From an uncultured Pseudomonadota bacterium (GTDB lineage Bacteria; Myxococcota_A; Polyangia; Fen-1088): DNA of 64,000 nucleotides. A program made the translations under genes and the position numbers. Shown piece after piece: positions 50,366-61,391 of this stretch. The stretch lies in NCBI GenBank assembly GCA_963779495.1, contig CAVZYM010000004.1:735205-799204 (forward strand), read 5' to 3'. Below the pieces are notes generated by a model. It was given only the letters and a program-made list of their open reading frames with translations. It was not told where the DNA came from and ran no database searches. Numbering within the stretch: the stretch's first letter is position 1; each line of letters opens with the position of its first letter.

Positions 50366-53300
50366 GCCGCTATCCCTTCCCCGCCGAGCTGCTGGCGATC
50401 CCGCGCGATCGCTCGGCGGTCATCGAGGCTTCGGCCGGAACCGGCAAGACCTTCCTGATCGAGCACCTGGTGGTCGATCGCCTGCTGCGTGGTGGCGTCC
50501 GCCTCGACGAGATCCTGGTCGTGACGTTCACCGATCGCGCGACCGCCGAGCTGGTGCAGCGGATCCGCGCGCTCATCGCCAAGCTGCGTCGCCACGACCA
50601 GGAGACCCCGGGCGAGCCGGCCTGGCTCCTCGACGACGGGGCGCGGGCGCGGCTCGCCGCCGCCGAGCAGGCTGTCGACGGCGCGCCGATCTCGACCATC
50701 CACGCGTTCTGCCGCCGCATCCTGACCGAACACGCGTTCGCGAGCGGCCGCCTGCTCGCCCAGCAGAACGTCGAGAGCCGGACCGCGTTCTCGGCGGCGT
50801 TCCACGAGACCCTGCGCGATCGACTGGCGATCGATCCCGAGCTCGCGCCCCTACCTGTCGGCCTGGCTGGAGGAGGCGGGGGACGTGCGGCGTCTCGAGG
50901 AGCTCCTCTACAAGGTGCGCCAGCTGCGCAGCGACTGGGGGATCAGCTTCGATCCCCAGGCGCTGGCGATCGCGGCCGAAGCCGTTCGCCGCGCTGCCGA
51001 AGGCCGAGGTCGACGCCGCCGTCCGCGCCGCTGCGGGCGCCAAGTCGATCAAGGCCATCGCCACGCGCCTCGAGAAGCTGCGGACCGCCACAGCGACCTT
51101 CGTGGCGAGCACGCGACGCTGCGCGGCTGCTCGCGGCGATCGACGAGCTGGTCGCCGAGTCGAACAGCCTGTTCACCTACCTCGCCTCCAAAATCGACCG
51201 CAGGAACCCGCGCGTCGCGGCCCTGGTCGCCGCTCTCGACGCGCTCGCCGACGCCGCGGTTCCGCTCGCGACGGCGGTCGCCCAGCGGCTGGGCCCGCCC
51301 GTCGTCGAACGGCTGGCTGCCCGTCAGCGCACCGCCGGCCGCTACGACTTCGACGACATGCTGACGCTGGTGCGCGACGCGCTGGGCGGCCCGCGCGGCC
51401 CCGCCCTGGTCGCGACGCTGCGCGCGCGCTACCGGCTGGCGATCATCGACGAGTTCCAGGACACCGATCCGATCCAGTGGGAGATCTTCCGGACCATGTT
51501 TCAGGACAGCGCGGGGGAGAACCCGCTGTACCTGATCGGCGACCCCAAGCAGTCGATCTACGGCTTCCGCGGCGCCGACATCGCGACGTACAACAACGCC
51601 TGCGCCACCGTGGCGCCGCCCGCGGCGGCGATCCGCCTCAGCCGCAACTTCCGCTCCACCCCCGCGGTCATCGACGGCTACAACGCGATCCTCGATCCGC
51701 GGGCGCACTCCCCCTTCTTCAACGAGGGGGTGAGCTACCACCCGGTGACGAGCGGACGGCGGCAGACGGCGAGCACCGCGGTCGAAACCAGCCCACCCGT
51801 CGTCCTTCTGCGTGTGACCGCCGCCGAAGACGTCTCACAGCTGCCGATGCGCGACGTCCGCGCCACGCTGGCGCGCGCGATCGCCGACGAGATCGCCGCG
51901 CTGCTCGCCGGCCCGCGCCCGCCGCCCGCGCGCGAGATCTTCGTCCTGACCCGCACCCGCCGCGAGTCCGACGACGCGGCGGCAGCCCTGACCGCGCGCG
52001 GCGTCCCCTACGTCATCTACAACCAGGAGGGGCTCTACGAGACGCCCGAGGCGCGCCACGTCCGCGACCTGCTGCACGCGATCGCCGATCCGCACGATCC
52101 GGAGAAGCGCCTGCGCGCCTAGCTCTCACCGTTCTTCGCCATCCCCCTCGCCGAGCTGCCCGCGGCGGCGCGCGCAGGCGGCGCCGATCCGCTGGCCGAG
52201 CGGCTGCTCGACCTGGCACGCCGCCGCCCGGGCCGAGGATCTCGCCCCGCTCTACGCCCGCATCCTCGACGACAGCGGGGTGCTCCGGCGCGAGCTGTTG
52301 CTCGGGGAGACCGCTCGCCGCGCGACCAACTACCAGCACCTGTTCGAGATCCTGATCGCCGACGCGGCCCGCGCCACGCGCCCGCTCGGCGACGTCGCGC
52401 GCTGGCTGGCGGCGCGGGTCGCGGGGCTCGAGGTGCCGCTGCCCGAGGAGGGGAACGTCCTGCGCGTCGAGGGGGAGCGCGACGCGGTACGGATCATGAC
52501 GACGCACAAGGCCAAGGGGCTGGAGGCCGACGTCGTCTTCGTCTACGGCGGTTTCGGCAACGCCCCCTCCGACCGCGTGCGCACGCTACCTGGAGAACGG
52601 CCGCCGGGTGGCGATCGCTGGCCGGCCCCGGACCGACGAGCTGATCGGGCGCATCAGGCACGAGCGCGACGCCGAGGACCAGCGCCTCTACTACGTCGCG
52701 CTGACCCGGGCCCGGAAGCGCCTCTACCTCCCCTACTCCGGCACCGCCCCCGAGGACGAGCCCGACGGCAATGGCCTCCAGGAAGACCTCTGGAAGCTCA
52801 CCGGCGGCTACCGCCACGTCAACCAGCGGCTGCGCGCGCTGCTGATCGAGAACCGGGCGGCCGGCTGTTCCGCACCGTCGACGTTCCCGTGATCGACGGC
52901 GCGGCCGGCGCGCGGGCCGCGACCGCCGCCGCCGCGATCGCCGCCTGGCGCCCAGCCCCAGCCGACGCTCGCGCGACGTGACGGCCGATCCGCGCGCTGG
53001 CCGCGCTGCGCGTCCGCCGCGCCGGCACGACGCCACACCTCGTACAGCCGGATCAAGGCGGCCCACGGCGGCTACCGCCCGCCCGAGCGAGCTCTCGGAC
53101 GAGGTCGTGGATCCGCTGCCGGCGCTGGCCGCGGACGATCTCCCCGGCGGCGCGCGCTCCGGGATCTTCCTGCACGCGCTGCTCGAGCAGCTGCCGCTGC
53201 CGGCCGCGGTCGGAGAGCCGGCGCTGGCGGCCTGGAGCGCGCGCGACGACGTCCGTACCGTCATCGAGGCCGCGCTTGCGCCGGCACGGCCGCGAGCCCC

Positions 53301-53807
53301 GCTTCTTCGACGCGGCGGCCCGGCTCGCGCACGCCGCGCTGACCGCGCCGCTGCCCGTGGTCGGCGGGACGCTCGACGGGCTCGGACGCGCCGACCGCGA
53401 CGCGCGCGCGAGCTGGAGTTCCTGTTTCCGTTCCCGGCCGGCGCCGGCGGCGCCGATCGCGGCTTCGTCAAAGGGTTCGTCGACGTCATCTTCGAGCACC
53501 AGGGGCGCACCTACTTCGGCGACTGGAAGACCGATCGCCTGCCGGCCTGGGAGGAGGCGGCCGTCGACGCCGCACGTCGACGCCAACTACGGGCTGCAGG
53601 AGCGGCTCTACTCGCTGGCGCTGGCGCGCATGCTGGGGATCGAGGACGCCGCCGCGTACGAGGCCCGCTTCGGCGGCACGCTCTACATCTTCCTGCGCGG
53701 GCTCCCCCATGGCGCCGCGGTGCGCAGCCGGCGGCCGAGCTTCGCCGATCTCCAGCGCTGGCGGGCCGAGCTGGTCGAGACGCTGGCCCCCGCGGAGGTT
53801 GCAGTGA
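50362..53807 (+). pseudogene. recB: Exodeoxyribonuclease V beta subunit RecB (UvrD-type helicase + PD-(D/E)XK nuclease), frameshifted
   Basis: The GTG at 50362 overlaps the recC stop (GTGA). Motifs VIEASAGTGKTF, TIHAFC, IIDEFQDTDPIQWEIF, LIGDPKQSIYGFRGAD, SRNFRS, TTHKAKGLEADVVFV, YYVALTRARKRLYL, and the nuclease FVKGFVDVIFEHQGRTYFGDWKTD. The 3' boundary is uncertain. Confidence 0.8.
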
Positions 53808-55668
53808 GCACCGCCCGGCCGCCCTCGGCTTCGTCGTCGTCCCTTTGGCCCCCGACCTGGGCGCGCGGGCTGGGGGCAGGCGACGCCGGGCCCGAAGCGC
53901 TCTACCTCGCCTGCGAGGCGGCCGGCTGGCCCGCGGGGCTGGCCGACGGCGAACGGCGCGCGTTCGCGCTGGTGGTGCTGGCTCTCCTCGACGCCCGGCA
54001 GCAGGGGGCAACGCGGCTCCTCCTGGCGAAGCTCGACGCGCGCCTGGCGCGGCTCGGCGTCGACGAGGCCGGAGCGCGCGGCGGCGGTCGAGCTGGCCGC
54101 GACGCTGGCGACGCGCCCCGCGCTCGCGCCGCTGGTCGGGCGTCCGGGCGACTACAAGCCGTTCATCATCGACGGTGGCTGTCTCTACTCCGAACGCGAT
54201 CTGCGCCTCGAGGAGCAGCTCGCCACGGCGCTGGCCGGTCGCCTGCGGGCCTCGCCCCTGGCCGTTCCCGCGGCGGCGCTCCGTCCCGGCGTCGCCCACG
54301 GGGTTCAGCTGGACCAGCGACCAGGCCGCGGCGATCGAGGCGGCGCGCCAGCGCCCGTTCGTCGCCATCTCGGGGGGCCCGGGCTCGGGCAAGACCGCGG
54401 TCATCGACGGCATCGTCCGGGCCTGGCGCGCGCTCGGGCTCGCGCGCGACCAGATCGCGATCGCCGCGCCGACCGGCAAGGCCGCGAACCGGATCGCCGA
54501 GCTGCTGCCGCCGGACGCGCCGGCGCCGCTCACCTTGCACCGGCTGCTCGGGTACGCCGTCCGCAGCCCGGGCGCGCCGGTCGGCGATTTCCGCCACCAC
54601 GAGAATCATCCGCTCCCCCACGCCGCGGTGATCGTCGACGAGGCGTCGATGGTCGGGCTGGCGCTGATGAGTCAGCTTCTCCGCGCGCTGCGCGCCGACG
54701 CGCGGCTGGTGCTGATCGGAGACGCCGATCAGCTCCCCGCCGTCGAGATCGGCAACATCCTCGCCGAGCTCCGCCCGCAGGCGCTCCACCTGGGCGGGAG
54801 CCACCGCATGAACCCCGCCGATCCGGCCGGCGCGGCCGTGCTCGAGGCGGCCAGCGCGATCGCCGCCGGCGAGCTGGGGGGCCACGGCACGCCCCCCGTG
54901 CCCAGCGCCGCCGAGGTCGGCGACGCCGGCTTCCTCTGTCTCGAGCCTGCCGACGGCGGCGGCCCCGCGGCGCGCCGGCTGCTGAGCGAGCTCCTGGAGC
55001 AGTGGCTGGCGCGCCGGCTGTGCGTCGCCAGCGGTTTCGACCCGGTCGCCGCGGGCCGGCGTACATTCCCGATCGGGGACGGTCGGTTACGATCCGACGA
55101 CATCACGACGCTCGCAGCGCTCCTGGCCCATCACGCGCGCGTCCGGGTGCTGACCGTCACGCGCGCCGCCGCCGACCGCGTCAACGAGACGCTGGTGCGG
55201 CGGTTGTCCGCCGGCGACGGGTCGGCTTCCGGCCCGTTTCCGCCCGGGACGCCGGTGATGATGACGCACAACGACTACGACCGCGGCCTCTACAACGGCG
55301 ATCAGGGAATCATCGTACGCGTCGCGAGCCCGGGAGGCGGCACCGACCTGGCGGCGCTGTTCGCGCGTGGCGAGCGGCTGACGCCCTACCCGCTCGCCAG
55401 CCTCGACGGAGCGCTGGCGATCGCCTACGCGTCCACCGTACACAAGGCGCAGGGGAGCGAGCTCGACCATGCCGTACTGGTTCTCCCCGAGAGCGACTCC
55501 CCGTTGCTGTCGCGCGAGCTCGTTTACACGGCGGTAACGCGCGTCCGGCGCTCGATCGTCGTCGTCGGGCAGCGGGCCCTGCTGGCGCGCGCCGTGGCCC
55601 GCCCGCTCGATCGATCCTCGGGCCTGCGTGACCGACTGATCGCCCGCGGCGCGATGCCTCCAGGGTAA
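53804..55668 (+). pseudogene. recD: Exodeoxyribonuclease V alpha subunit RecD (N-terminal third frameshifted, rest intact)
   Basis: QAAAIEAARQRPFVAISGGPGSGKT, AAPTGKAANR, VIVDEASMV, LIGDADQLPAV, YASTVHKAQGSELDHAVLVLP, YTAVTRVRRSIVVVG. The start is placed at GTG 53804 by analogy with other 4-nt overlaps (low certainty). Confidence 0.78.
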
Positions 55669-55819
55669 CTCCCCCTCGGCGTTCGGATTACGCGCCGGTA
55701 ACAGCTACGTGAACAAGGCCGGGGTCACCCCCGCGGCACTGAGCTTGCATTTCCCCGGAGCTGCCTGGGGGTCGACGAGCTTGGCTTCAACTTTTTTCTA
55801 CGTAGCCGGAGGTCCTGAC

Positions 55820-56685
55820 ATGGGTGGCGTCGTCGAGTCTGCGGTTCCTCAAGTCGCGTCGAGCAGCGATCCTTACCATCACGAGCGTCGCTTTCTGCTG
55901 ACAAGGTCCCAAGCCGCGGCGTTCTTTGCGGCGGTCGCGCGTCACACCGCGATCGAGACGTACGACGAGGGTCGGCCGATCTCGTACACCCGGACCACCT
56001 ACTTCGACACCGACGACCTCGACTACTTTCATTCCTGCTCCGGCCCCAACGCCTGCCGGCTGCGGGTGCGCGAGTACGCCACCGCCGCCTCGCTCGAGGA
56101 CGCGCCGGTGCTCTCCGCGCTGGCCTTCCTGGAGCTGAAAGCAGAACCACGGCGCCGATCGGGCAAAGCTGCGCGTGACCGCGCCCCCCGCCGTACTCCG
56201 GCAGCTGATCCAGCGCCGCGAGCTGCCTGCCCTGCCCGGCGAGCTCGCTCTCGCTCGACGGTGACCTCGAGATACTGCGAGCGGCGCTGACTGAGCCGAC
56301 GCTGGCGCCCCGGCTCACCACCTGGTACCGGCGTGCCTGTGTGACCGGCGAAGGGAAGCGGGTCCGCATCACCTTCGACGAGAACCTGAGCTTCTGCCGC
56401 CCGCGGCCGGTGAACCGCCTCGGAACCGACATCGGTATCGAGGTGGCGCCCCGACCCAACGACGTCGTCGCCGCCGGGCCGCCGCGGGTGCTGGAGATCA
56501 AGTACTGGGACGACCTGCCGGGCTGGCTGGCGGGCGCCGTCGCGGCTCTCAGGCCGGCGGCCCACTTCTCGAAGTTTCGGGTCGGGATGATCGCCCTGGC
56601 CCGGAAGGCGATCGTCCCCGAATTCGACGCCGCCACTCAGGAGCGCGCCACCGCCCGGTTCGCGCTCACCGCGCGACAGGCCTAA
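55820..56685 (+). pseudogene. VTC-domain (polyphosphate-polymerase-like) protein, frameshifted
   Basis: GGAGG lies 8 nt before ATG 55820. Motifs HHERRFLL, ISYTRTTYFDTDDLDYF, CRLRVREY, AFLELK. The C-terminal part is in ORF 56341-56685 (KRVRITFDENLSF...VLEIKYWD). Confidence 0.7.
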
Positions 56686-56706
56686 CCGAACGAGGGCACA
56701 CCGAAC

Positions 56707-58424
56707 ATGTTCATCGTCTTCGAAGGGATCGACGGGAGCGGCAAGACCACCATCTCCAACCGCGTGGCGGCCGAGCTGCGCGGGCGCGGGCTGACAGTGG
56801 AGCACCTCCGCGAGGGGGGCGCGTTCGCCTCGCGCGGTAACGCAGGGGATCCGCGACTTCTGCCGCGACGCCCGCAACCTGGCGCTCACGCCGCGGGCCG
56901 AGCTGCTGATGTACGTGGCGCGCGAAGTGCAGCTCGCTGATGAGGTGCTCAAACCCGCGCTCTCGTCGTGCCGACGTCGTCATTGCCGATCGTTACTTCT
57001 ACACCGCCGAGGTGCTGGCCCGTGCGGGCCGGGACCTGGCCCGGGAGGCGGTCGACCCGATCGTCGACAGCCGGCGCCGCGGGGCTCTGGCCCGAGCTCG
57101 CCTTTCTGATCGACGTCGACCCATCGGTCGCGCGGGGGCGGCGCAAGGTCGCCAAGATCCTGATGCCCGACCACCGCCCGGGGTCGCGCAAGGGGTTGAC
57201 CGGCGGCGGGCTCCAGCAAAAGCTGCGCGAGGGCTACCGCGCGCTGGCCGCCCGCGATCCGGACCGCTGGATCGTGGTCGACAACAGCGACGCCGACCTC
57301 CAGCAGGTGATCGACTGGGTGGTGTCGAACATCCTGCGGGCGCGCGAAGCCGGCGCCGTCGCGGCCGGCGGCCTCGCGATCGCGCCCGCCCCCACGCCGC
57401 CGCCCGACACCGCGAGCGAGCCGATCGCGGATCCCTTCGCGGCGCCGCGACACCTTCCTGGCCTGGGTCGATCGACGCAGTGGGCGCGAGCCCCTGCTCG
57501 CCGCCTACGTCCTGGCCGGGCTGTCGGGCGCCGGCGTCGACGAGCGGCGCCAGGCGCTCGTCGGGCGGGCGCCGCGGGTGATCGCCCGCGGGCTGAAGGG
57601 ACTGTCCGACGCGGTGTCGTGGCAGCTCCGCCGGCGGCTGCTCGACGCCGCCCCGCAAGAGGTCGCTGCATCGCTGGTCGAGGCCGCCGCCGAGGCCAAC
57701 GAGGCCTGGGCGTTGCGCGAGATCCTGAGCGACGTCGCGCCCGCCGAGGTGGCCGCGAGCCTCGAGGGGCTCGACGACGAGACCGCCTGGGCGTTGCGCG
57801 ACGATCTCTATCCGCAGTCGCCCGACGCCGTCCTGATGTCGCTGGCGCTGCTCGATACCCCGCGGTCCTGGGAGATGCGCGAGCGCTGGCTGCGCGACCG
57901 CGGCGGCGCGGAGGCGGCGGTCTCGGGCTACGTGGCGGCGCGGGCCGTCGCCCGCGCGGTGACGGGGCTCGAAGGGGAGCAGGCCTGGGCGCTGCGCAAG
58001 GCGGCGCGCGTCTACTCGCCGGTGGCGGCCCTCACCTCGCTGCGCGGCCTCGGCAGCGACAAGGCCTGGCACTGGCGCGAGGGGGCGCTGGGGCTCGCGC
58101 CCAAGGCGGTGCTGGGGACGATCGCGGGGCTCGACGATCCGCGCAGCTGGCAGATGCGGCTCGCAGACCGCGCCGCGCTGCCGCGAGGCGCTCGATTCGA
58201 TGCTCGGCCTCGACACCGAGGTCGGCTGGGAGATCCGGGAGGCGTGCCTGATGCTCTGGCCCGCCAGCGTGGTGAAGAGCCTCGGCGTTCTGGTCAACGG
58301 GCCGCGCGGCGCCGAGCTGCTCCGCACCGCGCTGGCCGCGTTCCCGCGCAACATCACCTTGCTCAAACACGCCACCGCGATCGCCCTCGGCGCGCACCTG
58401 GCCCCCACCGTGCTGGCGGCCTGA
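56707..58424 (+). pseudogene. Thymidylate-kinase-like P-loop kinase fused to a long helical-repeat C-terminal domain, frameshifted
   Basis: [42 protein letters not shown]. From about 57560 there are ~30-aa repeats of the type L.GL.D..AWALR....P..V..SL (ORFs 57578-58441 and 58200-58424). Confidence 0.65.
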
Positions 58425-58427
58425 GCC

Positions 58428-59099
58428 ATGCCTATCGGTGAAGTGACGGAGACATTGGGGCTGAACAGCCTGGACCTGGGGCGGTTCGAGGTGGTGCTGC
58501 TGCGCCTCCTCGCCGCGGCGGGGCTGGGCGCGTTCCTCGGCTATCGGGTCTGGCGCCGTTTCCTGCCGCGGACGCTGCCGCCGTCGCGCGAGATCGCGCA
58601 GGCCCAGATGCTGATCGCGATCGCCGGCGCGCTGATGGTCATCGTCATCGGCCAGAGCACCGCCCGCGCGTTCGGGCTGGTCGGCCTGGGCGGCTTCATC
58701 CGGTTTCGCTCCGGCATCCGCGACACCCGCGACGCCGCGGGGATGTTCGTGATGATCGGCGTCGGCATGGCCTGCGGGCTGGGCGCGGTGCCGATGGCGG
58801 TGGTGGCCACGCTGTTCGTCAGCGCGATCATGGCCGTGTTCGACGCCGGCCGCCGCGGGCGGATGAAGATGACCCGGCTTTCCCTCCACGTGCTCGAGCC
58901 GCGCGTGGCCTGGCAGCGCATCCAGCTCGCGTTCCCGGGGGCGCGCGTGCTGGAGCTGCCGGCCAACGAAGAGGGGACGCTGCTGATGGAGACGGCGCTG
59001 GGGGAGAGCCTGGACGCCGGGGGCGTGCTGCAGCTGATGGAAGAGAAGCAGGTGCCGGGTGTCCGCGGCGTCACGATCGAAGAGGGAAAAGGGGGGTGA
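58428..59099 (+). CDS. DUF4956-family membrane protein
   Basis: 223-aa intact ORF with 3-4 TM helices and the family signature GLGGFIRFRSGIRDTRDAAGMFVMIGVGMACGLG, followed by a soluble C-terminal domain. It starts 3 nt after the upstream stop. Confidence 0.7.
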   Translation: MPIGEVTETLGLNSLDLGRFEVVLLRLLAAAGLGAFLGYRVWRRFLPRTLPPSREIAQAQMLIAIAGALMVIVIGQSTARAFGLVGLGGFIRFRSGIRDTRDAAGMFVMIGVGMACGLGAVPMAVVATLFVSAIMAVFDAGRRGRMKMTRLSLHVLEPRVAWQRIQLAFPGARVLELPANEEGTLLMETALGESLDAGGVLQLMEEKQVPGVRGVTIEEGKGG

Positions 59100-59103
59100 C
59101 GAT

Positions 59104-59832
59104 ATGGGACGTGGGGTTATTGCGACTTGCTTGACGATACTGGCGGCGGGGGCAATCGCCGGCTGCGGCGGCGGGAGTGACACCAGCGGGACGGGCGGCG
59201 GCGGGGCGACCACCGGCAGCGGCGGCAACGTCGGTACGCCCGGAACCGGCCCCTATCAGCCGCTGGCCGTCGGCGCGACCTGGAGCTATCACGTCGACGA
59301 CCAGGGGGTCACGTACGACAAATCCAGCTCGGTCGAGACCCAGGAGGACCTCGGCGGCGCCAAGGCCGGCATCTCCGGCTTCAAGGTCCGCGAGACGGTC
59401 AAGGAGGCCATCCAGCTGACCTGGTACCAGGTGGTCGACACCGGCGTGGTGCGCCACCACGACCAGATGCAGGACCAGAGCGGTCAGATGCTGAGCGACG
59501 AGTGGTACGACCCGTACCTGCTGCGCACCGACGAGACCACCGACCACCTTCAGGCGGGCGCGACCTGGTCGGTGACCTACAACAACACCAAGACGACGAC
59601 GACCAAGCCGACCGCCACCGTCGCCCACACGGAGACCTGGACCGTCGAGGCGATCGACGACGCGGTCACCGTCCCCGCGGGCAGCTTCACCGCGCTGAAG
59701 GTCACCCGCAGCGATCCGTCAGATGGCTCCCTCAAGACGCAATGGTTCGTGCGCGGCATCGGCAAGGTCCGCGAGCAGACCGGGGCGGGCCACAACGAGG
59801 AGCTGACCGGCTACCAGGTGCCCGCCCAATGA
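59104..59832 (+). CDS. Hypothetical lipoprotein
   Basis: MGRGVIATCLTILAAGAIAGCGGG lipobox and a Gly-rich linker. Intact. The stop overlaps the cotH start (ATGA at 59829-59832). Confidence 0.65.
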   Translation: MGRGVIATCLTILAAGAIAGCGGGSDTSGTGGGGATTGSGGNVGTPGTGPYQPLAVGATWSYHVDDQGVTYDKSSSVETQEDLGGAKAGISGFKVRETVKEAIQLTWYQVVDTGVVRHHDQMQDQSGQMLSDEWYDPYLLRTDETTDHLQAGATWSVTYNNTKTTTTKPTATVAHTETWTVEAIDDAVTVPAGSFTALKVTRSDPSDGSLKTQWFVRGIGKVREQTGAGHNEELTGYQVPAQ

Positions 59833-61358
59833 CCCGGGCCCGGCTCCTCGCGGCGCTGGCCCTGGTCGGGCTCGGGTGCGGCGACGATGCCCGGGTGCAG
59901 TCCGGCATCGTCCCGACGGGAGCCGCGGGCGAGACCACCGGCGCCGCCGGCGGTCCCAGCGGCGCCGGCGGCGATACCGGTCTGGCGCCGACCGGCGGCA
60001 TGACCGGCACCGATCCGGGGCCTCCGCCCGTCCTCACCGCCGCCGGGTTCGCCAAGGCGCCCCACTGCGAGGACATCTTCGGGCAGGTCCTGCAGACCTT
60101 CAGCATCGACATCAGCGCCGACAATTGGAACGCGATGCACGCCGAGTACGTCTCCGTCGCGATGGGGACGCCGGGGGCCCTCGAGGCCCACGAGTCCGTT
60201 CGCTACCCGATCGTCTTCCACTTCGGCGCCGACACGAAGGCGGCGACCATCCGTCTCAAGGGCGAGTCGTCCTGGCAGTCGTCGTACGTCCTCGACGGCG
60301 ACGGCGGAAAGATGCAGTTCGCGGTCTCCTTCGACGACACCGATCCCGACGCCCAGTTTCACGGCGTGAGCGGTCTCGCGCTGGACATGCCGCCGAACGA
60401 CGACACCTTCCTGCGAAGCCGCATGGCCAACGCCTGGCTGCGGTCGATCGGGATCCCGGGGTTCTGCTCCACCAGCGCTCGCCTGTTCGTCAACGGCGAC
60501 TACTACGGGCTCTACGCCGCCGAGGAACGGGCCGGGCATCATTACCTGCGCGAGTTCTTCCCGGACAACCCGCTCGGCGATCTTTTCAAGTCGGGGTGGG
60601 AGGCCGAGACCAACGAGTCGAACCCCAACCGGGATCGGCTGCGGCAGTTCTGGGACGTCGACAGCCCGGGTGACCTGGCGGCGATCGTCGACATCCCGCG
60701 CTCCCTGAAGTCGTGGGCCGCCGAGGCGATCTTGAACGACGGGGACGGCTACTGGGGCGGCGGCCACAACTTCCTGATCTACGACCAGGGCGGGCCAGGC
60801 TACGTCTTTCTCCCGTACGACCTCGACGCGTCGCTGGGGTACCTCCGTCACTTCACCGGCGATCCGATCTTCTGGTGGGCGACGCGCGGGTACGTCGGCG
60901 AGGTCGGCCAGCACTACAAGGTCGTCCTCGACGATCCAGACCTCCGGGCCCAGTTCGTCGAGGCGATCGCGACGGCGGCGGCGGCCTTCGATCCCGCGAC
61001 CATCCAGTCGTGGTTCGACGCCTGGTCGGCCCAGATCCGCGACGCGGTGAGCGCCGACCCGCACCGGCCGTCGATGACCAGCCTCGACGACTTCGACGAC
61101 GCGATCGCGCTCGGCCGCGGCGGGATGGCCAAGCGCGCCGACTTCCTGCGTGACTGGGTGGCCTGCAAGCACGACGGCAGCGGCGCCGACGCCGACAACG
61201 ACGGCTACCGCTTCTGCGAGGACTGCCGCGACGACAAGCCGGGCATCAACCCGGGGGCGTCCGAGGTCTGCGGCAACGGCGTCGACGACAACTGCAACGG
61301 CCGGTTCGACGAAGGCTGCGCACCACCGCCACCGCCGACACCGCCCCCGACGATGTAG
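59829..61358 (+). CDS. CotH-family atypical kinase lipoprotein with C-terminal MopE-type Cys/Asp motif
   Basis: Lipobox LALVGLGCG. CotH motifs IRLKGESSWQ, LFVNGDYYGLYAAEER, GDLFKSG, GHNFLIYDQ, LPYDLDASLG. C-terminal DNDGYRFCEDCRDDKPGINPGASEVCGNGVDDNCNGRFDEGC. Confidence 0.8.
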   Translation: MTRARLLAALALVGLGCGDDARVQSGIVPTGAAGETTGAAGGPSGAGGDTGLAPTGGMTGTDPGPPPVLTAAGFAKAPHCEDIFGQVLQTFSIDISADNWNAMHAEYVSVAMGTPGALEAHESVRYPIVFHFGADTKAATIRLKGESSWQSSYVLDGDGGKMQFAVSFDDTDPDAQFHGVSGLALDMPPNDDTFLRSRMANAWLRSIGIPGFCSTSARLFVNGDYYGLYAAEERAGHHYLREFFPDNPLGDLFKSGWEAETNESNPNRDRLRQFWDVDSPGDLAAIVDIPRSLKSWAAEAILNDGDGYWGGGHNFLIYDQGGPGYVFLPYDLDASLGYLRHFTGDPIFWWATRGYVGEVGQHYKVVLDDPDLRAQFVEAIATAAAAFDPATIQSWFDAWSAQIRDAVSADPHRPSMTSLDDFDDAIALGRGGMAKRADFLRDWVACKHDGSGADADNDGYRFCEDCRDDKPGINPGASEVCGNGVDDNCNGRFDEGCAPPPPPTPPPTM

Positions 61359-61391
61359 CCCGGCGGTGTACGATGCGCGCAAGACGCGCGC

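Noticed and set aside
55760-55819. A possible sigma-54 promoter (TGGCTT-N5-TTTTT) upstream of the VTC gene.
   Set aside because: It is a poor match to TGGCAC-N5-TTGC: the GC dinucleotide of the -12 box is missing, and no enhancer-binding protein gene is adjacent. Only the GGAGG ribosome-binding site is credible.
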